Of a stretch of 64,000 nt of DNA, positions 10,564 through 21,335 are shown in pieces (within the stretch, counting starts at the first letter, position 1; each line of letters opens with the position of its first letter). The position numbers and the translations under genes are program-made. Source of the DNA: Polyangiaceae bacterium (lineage in GTDB: Bacteria; Myxococcota_A; Polyangia; Polyangiales; Polyangiaceae). The stretch is from NCBI GenBank assembly GCA_033763455.1, contig JANRKO010000033.1, positions 198,002 through 262,001 on the forward strand, written 5' to 3'. Under the pieces are notes generated by a model, which saw only the letters and a program-made list of their open reading frames with translations, ran no database searches and was not told the origin of the DNA.

Positions 10564-11421
10564 ATGACCAAGCGCGACGCGGGGAATGTTTGTGTCAAAG
10601 GTGTGAACACCACCTTTTCGCAGCGGGGTCCTGCTGACGATCCCGAAGCGGTGGTCTTTGTTCATGGTAACCCAGGGGAGCGTCACGACTGGGCGCCAAT
10701 GATGGAGGCGCTCGATCCCACGATCAGAGCCGTTGCCCTCGATATGCCGGGCTTTGGTGGTGCCGATCGACCGCGTCGCTTCGACTACAGTCTGCAAGGG
10801 TATGGGCGGCACCTTTCCGGGTTCCTTGATGCACTCGGGATAAAGCGGGCGCATGTCGTTGCCCACGATCTCGGAGGGCCGTGGTGTTTCGCGTGGGCCC
10901 GAACTCGGCGTCAGAGTCTGGCGAGCCTCGTGCTCATCAACTCCGGCATCTTGCTCGGTTTTCAATGGCATGCGGTGGCGCGGCTTTGGCAAACACCTTT
11001 TCTCGCCGAGATCAGCATGGCTCTTCTCAACCGCTGGACCTTCGATCGACTGCTCGATGCCGGTAATCCGCGAGCGTTACCGAAGGCCTTTTTGGAACGG
11101 ATCTACGGCACCATTGATGCCGGCAACAAGCGGGCGGTCCGGGCCTTGTATCGATCGATGCGTCCGATCGGCGAGATCTTTCAAGGCATGGCTGATGATC
11201 TCGGTGGGCTTCCGATCCCCGTATTGGTGATCTGGGGGACCGAAGATCCGTACCTTCCTGTGCACTATGCCACGCGCCAGGCCGCAATTTTTCCCAACGC
11301 CAGTGTCCACCTGCTCGCGGGCTGCGGTCACTGGCCCTTCATCGACGATCCGGAGCGCGTCATTGACCTCGTGGTCCCCTTCGTGCACGCCCAGAAAGAC
11401 TCAGGCTCTCGGAGCGCCTAG
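10564..11421 (+). CDS. Alpha/beta fold hydrolase (epoxide hydrolase/haloalkane dehalogenase-like)
   Basis: VFVHGNP, DMPGFG, nucleophile HDLGG, IWGTED and GHW motifs. Confidence 0.9.
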   Translation: MTKRDAGNVCVKGVNTTFSQRGPADDPEAVVFVHGNPGERHDWAPMMEALDPTIRAVALDMPGFGGADRPRRFDYSLQGYGRHLSGFLDALGIKRAHVVAHDLGGPWCFAWARTRRQSLASLVLINSGILLGFQWHAVARLWQTPFLAEISMALLNRWTFDRLLDAGNPRALPKAFLERIYGTIDAGNKRAVRALYRSMRPIGEIFQGMADDLGGLPIPVLVIWGTEDPYLPVHYATRQAAIFPNASVHLLAGCGHWPFIDDPERVIDLVVPFVHAQKDSGSRSA

Positions 11422-11570
11422 CACACCACAGCGCTCACCTGCATGGTCGTTGGGATCACCGTGTTGGCAGGCTTCAGGCCTCCAATATCGGCATCGGTGA
11501 AACCGGTCTCGAGATCGAGCGGATTGATCGTAACTGCAGCTGCGTTTGAGCCGTTTGCCCTCGGATATTC

Positions 11571-13511
11571 CTAGGGGTTTTGGAGCAACTTCACCAGGAA
11601 GGCCGAGCCATTCGCAGGATTGAGATGGGTGCCCAACATATCGATTCCAAGATTCTCAGTCGAGCCAACAATATACAAGGAATAGTTAGTGTCCACCGCC
11701 AGCCCTTGGATCGTACTCGGGCCGCCGTCGTAAACCTGCGACCAACGGTGTGCCCCGCTGGAGGTAAGGCTCACCAAGAATAGCCCGTCAGCGATGCTCA
11801 GATTACCTCCGCCATAGTTGATGGTGCCTGTCTGATCCCCAGCGAGATACACATTGCCGTCCTTATCAACGGCGATCGCATTTCCCTGATCTGCACCGTT
11901 CGAGCCGAATCCAAGCGACCAGCGGTGAGCTAGTGTGTTGGTGAAGCTGGCGACGAAGATGTCGGTATTACCTTTGGTGGTGAGCGTCGCCCCGCCGAAA
12001 TTGATCGAGTTTCTGAAGTAGCCGGTGATATAGATGTTGCCTGAAGGGTCCTGGGCTGCGTCCGTGATAGCGTCGTCGCCTCCTGCACCGAATGTAGCAA
12101 CCGTGGAGTAAACACCTCCCAGTGTGTAGGTGGCGATTGCGGCGTTGAAAGGTGCATTGTACGTACGTCCGAACGCGTACGTTGCCGCGGAGCTCTCGAT
12201 CGCCTGAAACCAGTGGTAATTGGGACGAGTGCTGGCAGCGAGCAAGGTGCCACTGCTGTTGAACACGGCCAAGTAACCCGAGCCGCCGCTGGCGTTGAGG
12301 ACGGTGCCATCCACATTAAGGTTAGATTCATGGGCGCCGAACATGAAGACATTCCCCGACGTGCCCACCGCAACCCCTTCGGTGTTGGCATCGGCGAGCG
12401 AGTACGTACTGAGCAGAGCGCGCTTCATCCAGACCGCTTGTCCATTGGTGTCCATGACACCGACGGCGGCACCACCAGTGGTGCCCGTGGCTACTTGAAG
12501 CCCATTCAGCGTCAATGTTCCTTGATCGATGCTAATCGCGAATGCAGTGCCCGCTCCTGTGCTCGCTAGCCCCATGGTGGCATCAGCGCGCGCAAGCGTA
12601 GGATGGGTAGACCAGCGGTGGGTACCGGCTGAATTGTAGCTCGCAAAGAATCCGTCGGTGCCCTGGTTGCCGGACACGAGGTTGCCACCCCCAAAATTGG
12701 CGGTTCCGTCAAAGACACCGCCGATCTGCACGTTGTTGCTGGCGTCAACACACACGGAGGTCGTGTAGTCATCACTCGCGCCGCTGCCGCTAATCTGCTG
12801 ACTAGCGGCAACTGACGAGGGCGCATTTGCGGGCGCTCCACCGGTTCCAGCTCCGCCAGTTCCAGCTCCACCGGTTCCAGCTCCGCCAGTCCCAGCCCCA
12901 CCAGTTCCAGCTCCACCAGTTCCGGCTCCACCAGTTCCGGCTCCACCAGTTCCGGCTCCGCCAGTCCCAGCTCCACCAGTTCCAGCTCCACCAGTTCCGG
13001 CTCCACCAGTGCCAGCTCCACCAGTTCCAGCTCCACCGGTTCCGGCTCCACCGGTTTCAGCTCCACCAGTGCCAGCTCCACCAGTTCCAGCTCCACCGCT
13101 CGAGCTCCCACCCGTTGCGGTCCCGCCACTGGCTTCGGTGCTACCGCCGCCCGTGCCACCATTCGAGGGTGTCCCTCCGGCAAAGGCCATTGTCCCGCCG
13201 GCCCCACTTCCGGGCACGCCACCCGCAGCGTTGGGAGTACCACCTGCCCCCCCAACCCCAGAGGCGGCCTCTACGGGAGCGACGCCACCAGTTTGACCGT
13301 TGCTCCCGCCAAGCGATCCACTTGAGGTTTGAACCATGCCCGCATTGCCCCCCGTTGAAGCTCCCGGCATGCCAGCGACTATCCCGCCAAGATCGGTCGT
13401 TTCGTCGAAAGGCAGTGAGTCGTAACCAAACGCGCACATTGTAAGCAGCGCTGGCAACGCACCCATAGCCAGCTTCTCTGCAACCCGATGCGTACGTAGA
13501 ATCTGAGACAC
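11571..13511 (-). CDS. Secreted/surface protein with GGAGT linker and SBBP-like beta-propeller repeats
   Basis: Gly-rich linker, then repeats such as DPSGNIYITGYF, DKDGNVYLAG and DIFVASF..HRWS. Start uncertain. Confidence 0.8.
   Translation of the reverse strand: MSQILRTHRVAEKLAMGALPALLTMCAFGYDSLPFDETTDLGGIVAGMPGASTGGNAGMVQTSSGSLGGSNGQTGGVAPVEAASGVGGAGGTPNAAGGVPGSGAGGTMAFAGGTPSNGGTGGGSTEASGGTATGGSSSGGAGTGGAGTGGAETGGAGTGGAGTGGAGTGGAGTGGAGTGGAGTGGAGTGGAGTGGAGTGGAGTGGAGTGGAGTGGAGTGGAGTGGAPANAPSSVAASQQISGSGASDDYTTSVCVDASNNVQIGGVFDGTANFGGGNLVSGNQGTDGFFASYNSAGTHRWSTHPTLARADATMGLASTGAGTAFAISIDQGTLTLNGLQVATGTTGGAAVGVMDTNGQAVWMKRALLSTYSLADANTEGVAVGTSGNVFMFGAHESNLNVDGTVLNASGGSGYLAVFNSSGTLLAASTRPNYHWFQAIESSAATYAFGRTYNAPFNAAIATYTLGGVYSTVATFGAGGDDAITDAAQDPSGNIYITGYFRNSINFGGATLTTKGNTDIFVASFTNTLAHRWSLGFGSNGADQGNAIAVDKDGNVYLAGDQTGTINYGGGNLSIADGLFLVSLTSSGAHRWSQVYDGGPSTIQGLAVDTNYSLYIVGSTENLGIDMLGTHLNPANGSAFLVKLLQNP
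12841..13095. repeat. 15-bp coding tandem repeat, 17 units (GGAGT)
   Basis: Unit ccagttccagctcca with mostly synonymous variation, repeated 17 times. Confidence 0.95.
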
Positions 13512-13932
13512 TCCTGACGTCGATGAACGGCACGCACCCCATAGTGTTTAGTGGGAACTTCGCAGCAGCCCTAGCCAACAATGTAGCCGCGTGCCGGTTC
13601 TGCTCGTGTGAGGGCCGACACTTCCACACTATTCAGCGACTTTCGGCTGGCGTCCGCCATGCGATCACAGCTATCTACAGGAAGTCCCAATCACCTAATC
13701 GTGCCGTGGTTATGGTGAATGAATCCACCAACGTGGAGCCTTCTACGCGCTTGCAGCTCCTCCGCTTGGAGCTCTTGTTCCCTGCGCGGAACGACAACGG
13801 CAAGCCTGCCTGGTGTACGATTTGGCACACTCTGATACAGCAGCGATCCCACCTCGCCCAAAGCCCGCAGCATGGGCCGAAGGAAGCTGAACGCCCAGCG
13901 TTCAGTGCTTTTCTGTAGTGCGACGAACCAAG

Positions 13933-14217
13933 TCATCGATCGCTAGCAATTACGGCGGATTGCCATGGGTTACCTGCGGATTCGTGGCGACAATGCCCGC
14001 CCAGGCCATGCACCGCAATCTCGAGCACACCGAGCCGATACCTGTGCACAAGCACGGCATGACCCATCTCGTGGATGCAGATGAGCAAGACATACGAGAA
14101 CCAAGAACCAGGTGCGAGCCGGAACCCACTGAATGCCAGCGCCCCGATAAGCACGGACCAGTGCAAGCGAATGGGTGCGCCGTGCCACGCCGCAATCTGC
14201 CACCATCCGCCGCGCAT
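13933..14217 (-). pseudogene. Truncated site-2 protease (peptidase M50)
   Basis: GAPIRLHWS..LICIHEMGHA..HGLGG, then a stop before the region expected to carry the third zinc ligand (NLLP..DG). Confidence 0.7.
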
Positions 14218-14435
14218 ACGTCCACACATAACACAACGCTCTTTCGGAAACGCAAGGTACTTGCCATGACAAGCACCCTTTCGTCGCCGTGAAGGGGCCT
14301 GCCGCGCTCCATGAGTGGGCCGACGTTTCCCAGCAGTAGCCGCCTGAAAACCGGCCGCCTGCGAGGAATAGCCGCTCCGCATGCCCACCGTTGCTGGGGA
14401 GCGACAACTCCCCAAAGACGCGCTAGAGAGCGCCC

Positions 14436-16169
14436 ATGCTGGATCCGGCCGCGCTCCTTTCACAACGACTCACCGACGCTATTTGCAAAGCACTGGGCGA
14501 CGAATTCCGTGACACGGATCCCCTGCTACGCTCTTCTCAGCATTCGGACTTCCAGGCGAATGTGGCCATGCCGCTCGCAAAGCGCCTGGGACAGAAGCCG
14601 CGCGATATTGCTGCCAAGATCGTTGAAAATCTCGAGGTGAGTGATCTCTGCGCGAAGGTGGAGCTGGCGGGGCCGGGCTTCATCAATCTCAGCTTGAAAG
14701 CTGAAACCGTGGCTCAGGCGCTGATGACAGCGCTTACGTCAAGTACTTGGGCACCCCCCACCACCCAAAAGCAAACCGTTGTTATCGACTACTCAGGTCC
14801 GAACGTGGCCAAGGAAATGCACGTTGGCCACCTCCGCAGCACCATTATTGGCGATGCTTTTGCTCGCATTTTCACCGCCCTTGGGCACCAGGTGATCCGG
14901 CAAAATCACATTGGGGATTGGGGCACGCCGTTTGGCATGCTGATCGAGCTCCTACTTGAGCTTGGGGAGCGACAAGGCACTGAGCTACTTTCGATGGGAG
15001 AGCTCAATCAGTTCTATAAGATCGCGCGAATGAAGTTCGATTCCGATCAAGCTTTTGCTGATCGCGCGCGTGAACGCGTGGTGAAGCTGCAAGCGCTTGA
15101 CACAGAGACCCTGAAGTTTTGGAAGCTTTTGGTGGACAAATCTGCCGAGTATTTTTCGCGTGTGTACCAAGAGCTTGGCATTTTGCTCACTCCTTTGGAT
15201 ATTCGGGGTGAAAGTTTCTACAACCCTTACTTAGACGGCACGGTAAAGGAGCTCTTGGAGCTCGGAATAGCGCGCGTCGATCAAGAAGCGGTGTGCGTTT
15301 TCCCGACTGGCTTTGTGGGCCGAGAAGGCGAGCCTTTGCCGCTCATTATTCAAAAAAGAGAAGGCGGTTATGGCTACGCGAGTACGGATCTTGCGGCGCT
15401 CCGCTACCGGGTGCGCGACCTTTCTGCCAACCGCATTCTTTACGTGGTGGGCAGCCCGCAACAGCAACACTTCGCAATGGTGTTCAAAACCGCTGAAATG
15501 GCTGGCTGGCTCACTTCTGGAGTGAGAGCGGAGCACGTAGGGTTCGGTTCGATTTTGGGCGCCGATAAGAAGATGTTCAAGACGCGTGCGGGGGATACCG
15601 TGCGCTTGATCGATCTGATTGAGGAGGCCATCACGCGTGCACGCACGGTCGTCTCCGAGAAGAACCCAGAGCTCGGAGAGGAAACCACGGAAGAGGTGGC
15701 ACGCCAAATCGGCATTGGCGCGCTCAAATACGCCGATCTTTCAAGCGATCGCGTGAAAGATTACGTATTCGACTACGACCGCATGCTCTCTTTCGAAGGC
15801 AATACGGGGCCATACCTGCAATATGCCCACGCTCGCATTTGCTCCATCTTCCGCCGTGCCGAGCTCGATCCGAGTGCAGCCAGTGGCCCCATCTTGATCG
15901 AAGCCCCCCAAGAGCGCGCCCTGGCGCTCCATTTGCTCAGCTTTGGCAATATTGTCAGCAACGTTGCCGAGAGCCTAGAGCTGCAACGGCTCTGTACGTA
16001 TCTTTACGAGCTTGCCACCCTTTTCATGAGTTTCTACGAACATTGCCCGGTGCTGAAAGCCGAAACGGAAACGCTGCGCACTTCGCGCCTGGCTATTGCT
16101 CGGGCCTCCGCGCTCACGCTCAAGCGGGGGCTTGGGCTCTTGGGTATCGACGCGCCGGAACGCATGTAG
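14436..16169 (+). CDS. argS: Arginine--tRNA ligase
   Basis: DYSGPNVAKEMHVGHLRST, NHIGDWGTPFG, KMFKTRAG, GNTGPYLQYAHAR and C-terminal ERM. Confidence 0.98.
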   Translation: MLDPAALLSQRLTDAICKALGDEFRDTDPLLRSSQHSDFQANVAMPLAKRLGQKPRDIAAKIVENLEVSDLCAKVELAGPGFINLSLKAETVAQALMTALTSSTWAPPTTQKQTVVIDYSGPNVAKEMHVGHLRSTIIGDAFARIFTALGHQVIRQNHIGDWGTPFGMLIELLLELGERQGTELLSMGELNQFYKIARMKFDSDQAFADRARERVVKLQALDTETLKFWKLLVDKSAEYFSRVYQELGILLTPLDIRGESFYNPYLDGTVKELLELGIARVDQEAVCVFPTGFVGREGEPLPLIIQKREGGYGYASTDLAALRYRVRDLSANRILYVVGSPQQQHFAMVFKTAEMAGWLTSGVRAEHVGFGSILGADKKMFKTRAGDTVRLIDLIEEAITRARTVVSEKNPELGEETTEEVARQIGIGALKYADLSSDRVKDYVFDYDRMLSFEGNTGPYLQYAHARICSIFRRAELDPSAASGPILIEAPQERALALHLLSFGNIVSNVAESLELQRLCTYLYELATLFMSFYEHCPVLKAETETLRTSRLAIARASALTLKRGLGLLGIDAPERM

Positions 16170-16408
16170 CGGGGACCGTTCTTCAGCCCCGACCTCAATG
16201 CGAATGCCGGGGCGGGCCTTGGCCCTCCTTACCCCCCTTACTGAAGCCCCTGGCAATTCTAAAGTAAGCTTTGGAATTGCCAAACCTATGCATGCTTGTC
16301 CGGGTGCGATGCCTTGAACTATCGCGTGATATCCAAAAGGTACTGAACGTGCAGACGTGCAATTCGACATTGCCGGCGCGAATGGCAGGCTGGATAATTT
16401 CACGCCCC

Positions 16409-17122
16409 ATGCCACGCTCTCTCTTCTTACTCCTCGCGTTTCCCTCCTTGCTTGCTGCGTGTTCCAGCGAAAGCACTGCGCCTGGTTCGCCAGCGAGCTC
16501 AAACGGCCCCGGCCCAATGGCAACCAAGGCTCCACCCGTGGCCACCACGCCAGCAACGGTGCCAAACGGAAATTGCCCAACACTCAAGACTACGAAGAGC
16601 GGAACTTACGTAGATTCTTTCTTCGGCGCCGGCATTTATGCGCCTCTGGCTAACATCAATGATGCTGGCTACGAAGACGCAATCGGCATTCGCCTCAAAA
16701 CGGGCTACGGCTACCTCGATAATATCACTCCGTACGAGCAGATGCCCGGCACCTTCAGCCTTACCGATCCAATCGATCAAGACGGGCGCACCTGCCGCCA
16801 CTGCGTGTACGTAGTCTCTGATGTAAGCGGGGATCATATCCAGATCCCGTACATTGCAGTATCGGGCTCGCTCGTACTTGAGTCCGTCAATCAGGACACT
16901 GGCGAAGCCAAAGGTGAGCTCAAAGACGTGGTGTTCGCTGAAATTTCAGAGATCGAATATTACACGTGGGCGGGGCCCCTTCCGAACGGGCGTTGCTTGA
17001 AGCTCAGCAGTTTTCCCTTCGATACGCGGGCCGTGCCCGGCGGAAGCTGCAACAACGATCCCGAGGATTGCCCCAACGCCCAGCTGCAAGTGTGTACAGG
17101 CGGCAAATGCGTGAATAAGTAG
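16409..17122 (+). CDS. Hypothetical lipoprotein
   Basis: Lipobox LLAA-C, Pro/Thr linker and Cys-rich C-terminus. Confidence 0.75.
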   Translation: MPRSLFLLLAFPSLLAACSSESTAPGSPASSNGPGPMATKAPPVATTPATVPNGNCPTLKTTKSGTYVDSFFGAGIYAPLANINDAGYEDAIGIRLKTGYGYLDNITPYEQMPGTFSLTDPIDQDGRTCRHCVYVVSDVSGDHIQIPYIAVSGSLVLESVNQDTGEAKGELKDVVFAEISEIEYYTWAGPLPNGRCLKLSSFPFDTRAVPGGSCNNDPEDCPNAQLQVCTGGKCVNK

Positions 17123-17208
17123 CCTAAAAAGGCTGCGCGGTGAGCCGGCTCAGCGACGTCCACCTCTCCGCTTGGCTCTTTTCGGCCTAGCGGCTAAAAG
17201 CCCGGGCC

Positions 17209-17949
17209 ATGCAATTCACTTTGGGTGCGGGAAAATCGTTGGCAGTAATCCTAGCGTTGGCGGCGGCCTCTATCGTGTCAGGCTGCACGCCGCCCTCGCT
17301 GAAATATCCTACGCGTTCCGTATCCCCTCAAGTGTTTCGCGATCGCGTAACAACTCTAGCTTACTCCCCCCTCTTCACCACGAAAGATGCTCAAACTGAT
17401 CAGTTCGTGAACGCGGTGGGAGGTCAATTAGGTCGAAGGCTTCAATCGATAGGCGTTACGTTGCTGCGCCCCGAGCCTTGGAATGAATGCTGGCTTCCAG
17501 CGGTTGAAGAAGCAGGGGGCCTCTACAATGCCCGCACGGGGGAGTTCGACGAACAAAAGGAAGCGCGTGTGCGCTGGAAGTGCGAGCAAGATCTGGGACA
17601 GCGCTTACGCATCGACGGTTTTCTCGAGGTAGACATAATCGCAGTAAGCGCTCCGCTCTCCCAAGATGTGGTTCGGTGGCACGGCGTTGAAGAAGATACT
17701 CGCTCATTCGGAGATCGCTTCTGGTCCGGCAGCACCTACAGCGGCAACCTCCCGGCACTTTCACTGCTTGTGCGAATTCAAGATAAAGACGGCCACGGGC
17801 TGTTCGACAATGCGGGCGGTCTTGAGGTTGTTGGCAAGATCGAAGACGGGCAGGTGGAAAAGAAGTCCGGCCTCCTGCACAACCATGAGACGATTGCTCG
17901 CGCGGTACAGGTAGCTCTTAGGCCGTTACTTTCAGAGGAAAACGACTAA
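17209..17949 (+). CDS. Hypothetical lipoprotein
   Basis: Signal peptide with lipobox VSG-C; 246-aa ORF. Confidence 0.75.
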   Translation: MQFTLGAGKSLAVILALAAASIVSGCTPPSLKYPTRSVSPQVFRDRVTTLAYSPLFTTKDAQTDQFVNAVGGQLGRRLQSIGVTLLRPEPWNECWLPAVEEAGGLYNARTGEFDEQKEARVRWKCEQDLGQRLRIDGFLEVDIIAVSAPLSQDVVRWHGVEEDTRSFGDRFWSGSTYSGNLPALSLLVRIQDKDGHGLFDNAGGLEVVGKIEDGQVEKKSGLLHNHETIARAVQVALRPLLSEEND

Positions 17950-17961
17950 CCCCGGAACGTA

Positions 17962-18450
17962 GTGCTTGTAGCGCGTAGAAAGCCCCTTTTGGACCAGCTG
18001 TGCGCGGAGCTTGAAGAAGAGTTCAAGATCCAGGCGCGTGCCATCAAGTGTGATCTGGGAGCCGCCGAGAGCCTGAGTCGGCTCTTGCAAGAAGTTTCCA
18101 TGCTGAAGCTTGATTACTTGGTTAACAACGCGGGCTTCGGGTCAGCGGGCGCCTTTATCGAGTTGGATGCGGCTCGCGAATTGGAGATGATCGCTATAAA
18201 TGTAACCTCGCTCGTGCAGCTCACTCAGGCTACGCTTCCGGGAATGCTCGCGAGAAAACGCGGCAAAATCCTCAATATTGGCTCCACGGCAGGCTTTCAA
18301 CCTGGGCCGTTCATGGCCACGTATTACGCAACGAAAGCTTTCGTGAATAGTTGGAGCGAAGCGCTTGGCTTTGAGCTTAAGGGCACAGGCGTTAGCGTTA
18401 CCGTGAGTTGCCCGGGGTCCACCAACACTGAATTTGGGCATATGCCTTAA
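17962..18450 (+). pseudogene. Short-chain dehydrogenase/reductase fragment
   Basis: LVNNAGFG and YYATK (YxxxK) are present. The N-terminal TGxxxGxG is missing and the ORF stops right after CPGSTNTEF. Confidence 0.75.
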
Positions 18451-18565
18451 ACTCCGTGTCGCCAGCTCCGAGAGCGTGGCGTTGCGCGTAGCGCCACGCA
18501 GTGCGGTGCGTGCAGTCGTGGCAGCCCTCAACCGACCCGTGCCGTCCGCCCCGGGGATACCCAAG

Positions 18566-19141
18566 CTAACGGGCAAAAGCTAAGCGCGCGCGCATGCCCC
18601 AACGCGTGCTCATCCCCACCGTCTTGCTCGTAATTTTGCCTGTATCGCTCAGGAAATAGTTCGTGGGAAATGCACGAACCGCGTAATTGGAAACGACTCG
18701 ATCCGAAGCCAGAAGCACCGGGTAATGAATGTCGTGTTCTTTGGCGAATTGCCGAAGCCGTTCAACATCGTCCGCATCTGACACCACGCTGAGCACAACC
18801 GCATCCGGGCCCGCCTGAGCCGCCACATCGTTCAGGGCACCAAATTCGCGGCGACACACGCCACACCACGTTGCCCAAAAGTGAAGCAGCACCCGCTTGC
18901 CCCGAAAGGACTCAAGGGACACAGGCTTTCCGTCAAGATCGCTCAGTACGAAACCTGGCGCCGTTCCGGCAATCAGATCCCGTTCGTTGTAGGCACTGAC
19001 CCCAAAGTACACAACCACAAGAAGCAGTACCTGCCCAAGCCAACTCAACCACTTGCGACGAGGGGCAGCGGGCTTGCGCACCGACTCGGCGGGAACAGCC
19101 GGAGTGGGATCCGCGGGTGGCGTTGATGCTGAGTCGCTCAT
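18566..19141 (-). CDS. TlpA-like thiol:disulfide oxidoreductase
   Basis: TM anchor, FWATWCGVC and cis-Pro AFPT. Confidence 0.9.
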   Translation of the reverse strand: MSDSASTPPADPTPAVPAESVRKPAAPRRKWLSWLGQVLLLVVVYFGVSAYNERDLIAGTAPGFVLSDLDGKPVSLESFRGKRVLLHFWATWCGVCRREFGALNDVAAQAGPDAVVLSVVSDADDVERLRQFAKEHDIHYPVLLASDRVVSNYAVRAFPTNYFLSDTGKITSKTVGMSTRWGMRARLAFAR

Positions 19142-19382
19142 ACAGGTGGGGTCGAAGTTGGGCGATGAGGCGGGTTCGGCCGTGCTGGCTCTCTAACTCC
19201 GGCCGCACGCTGTAGCACAATACCAAGGCGCACGTTCCCGAGCCACGTTACGGTAGCCGGACTCGGCCCTCCGAGAACCACCCCAGGCCACTAAGCGATG
19301 CGTTTCCGTCGCTCGGCAGGGCGCTCCCAGTATAGGATGCGCCCCCGAAATCCCCCTTTCAGGACTTTAAGGAACCACACGC

Positions 19383-20543
19383 ATGGCAACCACACTTCGC
19401 AGAAAACTTCGACTCGGAATGATTGGCGGCGGCAAGGGTGCGTTTATCGGTGCCGTTCATCGCATCGCCGCACGCTTGGATAATCGCTACGAGCTCGTTG
19501 CAGGCGCGCTTTCGTCGGATCCCACGCGTGCGCGCGAGTCAGCAATTGAACTTGGGATTGCGGAAGGCCGCGCCTACGGCTCGTACGCCGAGATGATCGA
19601 AAAAGAAAAGCGCCGTGCCGACGGCGTAGATGTGGTTTCAATTGTAACCCCCAATCACATGCACTTCGGTCCCGCCAAGGCGTGCCTGGAGGCTGGCATT
19701 CACGTGATCTGCGACAAGCCACTCACCACCACGGTGAGCGACGCCGAAGAATTAGTGGCACTCGTGGAGAAGACAGGGCTCGTGTTCGGCGTGACGCACA
19801 ACTACACCGGTTATCCGATGATTCGCCAGGCGCGAGAAATGGTGAGAAGCGGAGAGCTTGGCGCCATTCGCGTGGTTCAGGCAGAATACCCGCAAGGCTG
19901 GCTCGCCACGAATCTCGAAGGAACTGGCCAAAAACAGGCCGCTTGGCGCACCGATCCTACACAGAGCGGTCAGGGTGGTTGCCTCGGCGATATTGGTACC
20001 CACGCCTTTAACCTGGCAGCATTTGTGAGTGGGCTACGCGTGAGCGAGCTTGCGGCGGATCTTGGAACCTTCGTTCCTGGGCGCCAGGTGGACGACAACG
20101 TGCACGTACTCTTGCGTTACGCCAATGGCGCCAAAGGCATGTTGTGGTCGAGCCAAGTGGCCGTGGGCCACGAAAACAGCCTCAAGCTCCGCGTCTACGG
20201 CGAGAGAGGCAGCTTGCTCTGGGAACAAGAGCACCCGAATCACCTCACCCACCTGCGTCTGAACGACACACCCAGGCTGCTCACGCGTGGTGGCGCGGGG
20301 CTTGGTGCGGCAGCGGGGCACGCCACCCGAATCCCTTCGGGACACCCGGAAGGCTACCTGGAAGGTTTCGCCCAGCTGTACGCGGATCTCGCCGAGCAGA
20401 TCTCTGCGGCCATCGAGAAGAGAAAGCCCAACGAGGCGGCATTGCTAGTGCCCACGGTGAAAGATGGCCTCGATGCCATGCGTTTCATCCAGAAGACCGT
20501 GGAATCCAGCCAGAAAAACACCAGCTGGGTGAAGCTCGCCTAG
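19383..20543 (+). CDS. Gfo/Idh/MocA family oxidoreductase
   Basis: GMIGGG..FIGAVHR, TPNHMH, CDKP and GDIGTHA motifs. Confidence 0.93.
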   Translation: MATTLRRKLRLGMIGGGKGAFIGAVHRIAARLDNRYELVAGALSSDPTRARESAIELGIAEGRAYGSYAEMIEKEKRRADGVDVVSIVTPNHMHFGPAKACLEAGIHVICDKPLTTTVSDAEELVALVEKTGLVFGVTHNYTGYPMIRQAREMVRSGELGAIRVVQAEYPQGWLATNLEGTGQKQAAWRTDPTQSGQGGCLGDIGTHAFNLAAFVSGLRVSELAADLGTFVPGRQVDDNVHVLLRYANGAKGMLWSSQVAVGHENSLKLRVYGERGSLLWEQEHPNHLTHLRLNDTPRLLTRGGAGLGAAAGHATRIPSGHPEGYLEGFAQLYADLAEQISAAIEKRKPNEAALLVPTVKDGLDAMRFIQKTVESSQKNTSWVKLA

Positions 20544-20603
20544 GACGCCGCTCGTAGTTTCTAGGCTAAAGCGGCGGTATTTTTGTAGGCGGAGGCTTAA
20601 GAT

Positions 20604-20662
20604 TCGGACTGACAAGTCCGATTGAAACGACTAGGGTCTGAACCCCAAACGATTCTGTTCAG
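20604..20662. promoter_or_regulatory. Palindromes upstream of the TetR gene (candidate operators)
   Basis: TCGGACT-gaca-AGTCCGA (20604-20621) and CTGAAC-N13-GTTCAG (20638-20662). Confidence 0.5.
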
Positions 20663-20688
20663 TGTTCTTCGCTTCAATCTAGGTCCCC

Positions 20689-21330
20689 ATGACAACCTCC
20701 GAAATCGAACGCCGGCAAGCCATTCTTGGCGCGGCTGAGCGCCTTTTCTGCCACTACGGCTCCGGCAAGACGACGATCGGCGACATCGCCAAAGAAGTGG
20801 GTATCGGCGTCGGCAGCGTTTACCTGGAATTTGATTCGAAGGACGACATCGTTACCGAGCTCACCCGGCAGCGTCACCGGGACGTGCTAGAGGCCATGCG
20901 GCAAGCAGCGCGAGAAGGCACTTTCGCCGAACGCCTCACCCGAATGATGGTGGCGCGAACACAGGCTCTCTTTAAGTTCTCTGAGCTCGGCACCCACGCC
21001 TGTGAGCTCATTCAGTGTGACGGCCAAGCACCGAAGCATTGGGGCGCCACTACTTCTGACGAAGAGGTCACCCTGCTGGCGGCATTGATTGAGCGCGGCG
21101 GGCGGGAGAGTGAATTCGCGATGCACAACCCGCGCGCGATTGCCGAGCTCATTTTGCGCGCTTTTGCCACCTTAACCCCGCCTTTTATCTTCCAGCTTTC
21201 GGAGCGCGAAGCGCTGCGCGCAGTGCAAGAGCTTGCCGGCCTGCTGTTGAACGGCATCGTCGCGCGCCCAAGAACTTCCGCAACGGCTGCCGCAAGTTCA
21301 CCGCGACGCCAACGGTTTGGAAGTCGCTAG
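20689..21330 (+). CDS. TetR/AcrR family transcriptional regulator
   Basis: ILGAAERLF..KTTIGDIAKEVGIGVGSVYLEFDSKDDI helix-turn-helix. Confidence 0.93.
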   Translation: MTTSEIERRQAILGAAERLFCHYGSGKTTIGDIAKEVGIGVGSVYLEFDSKDDIVTELTRQRHRDVLEAMRQAAREGTFAERLTRMMVARTQALFKFSELGTHACELIQCDGQAPKHWGATTSDEEVTLLAALIERGGRESEFAMHNPRAIAELILRAFATLTPPFIFQLSEREALRAVQELAGLLLNGIVARPRTSATAAASSPRRQRFGSR

Positions 21331-21335
21331 TTCTC

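Noticed and set aside
12566..13444. Repetitive ORFs (ELELV, FQLHQ, PAPPV)
   Set aside because: Alternative frames of the GGAGT tandem repeat.
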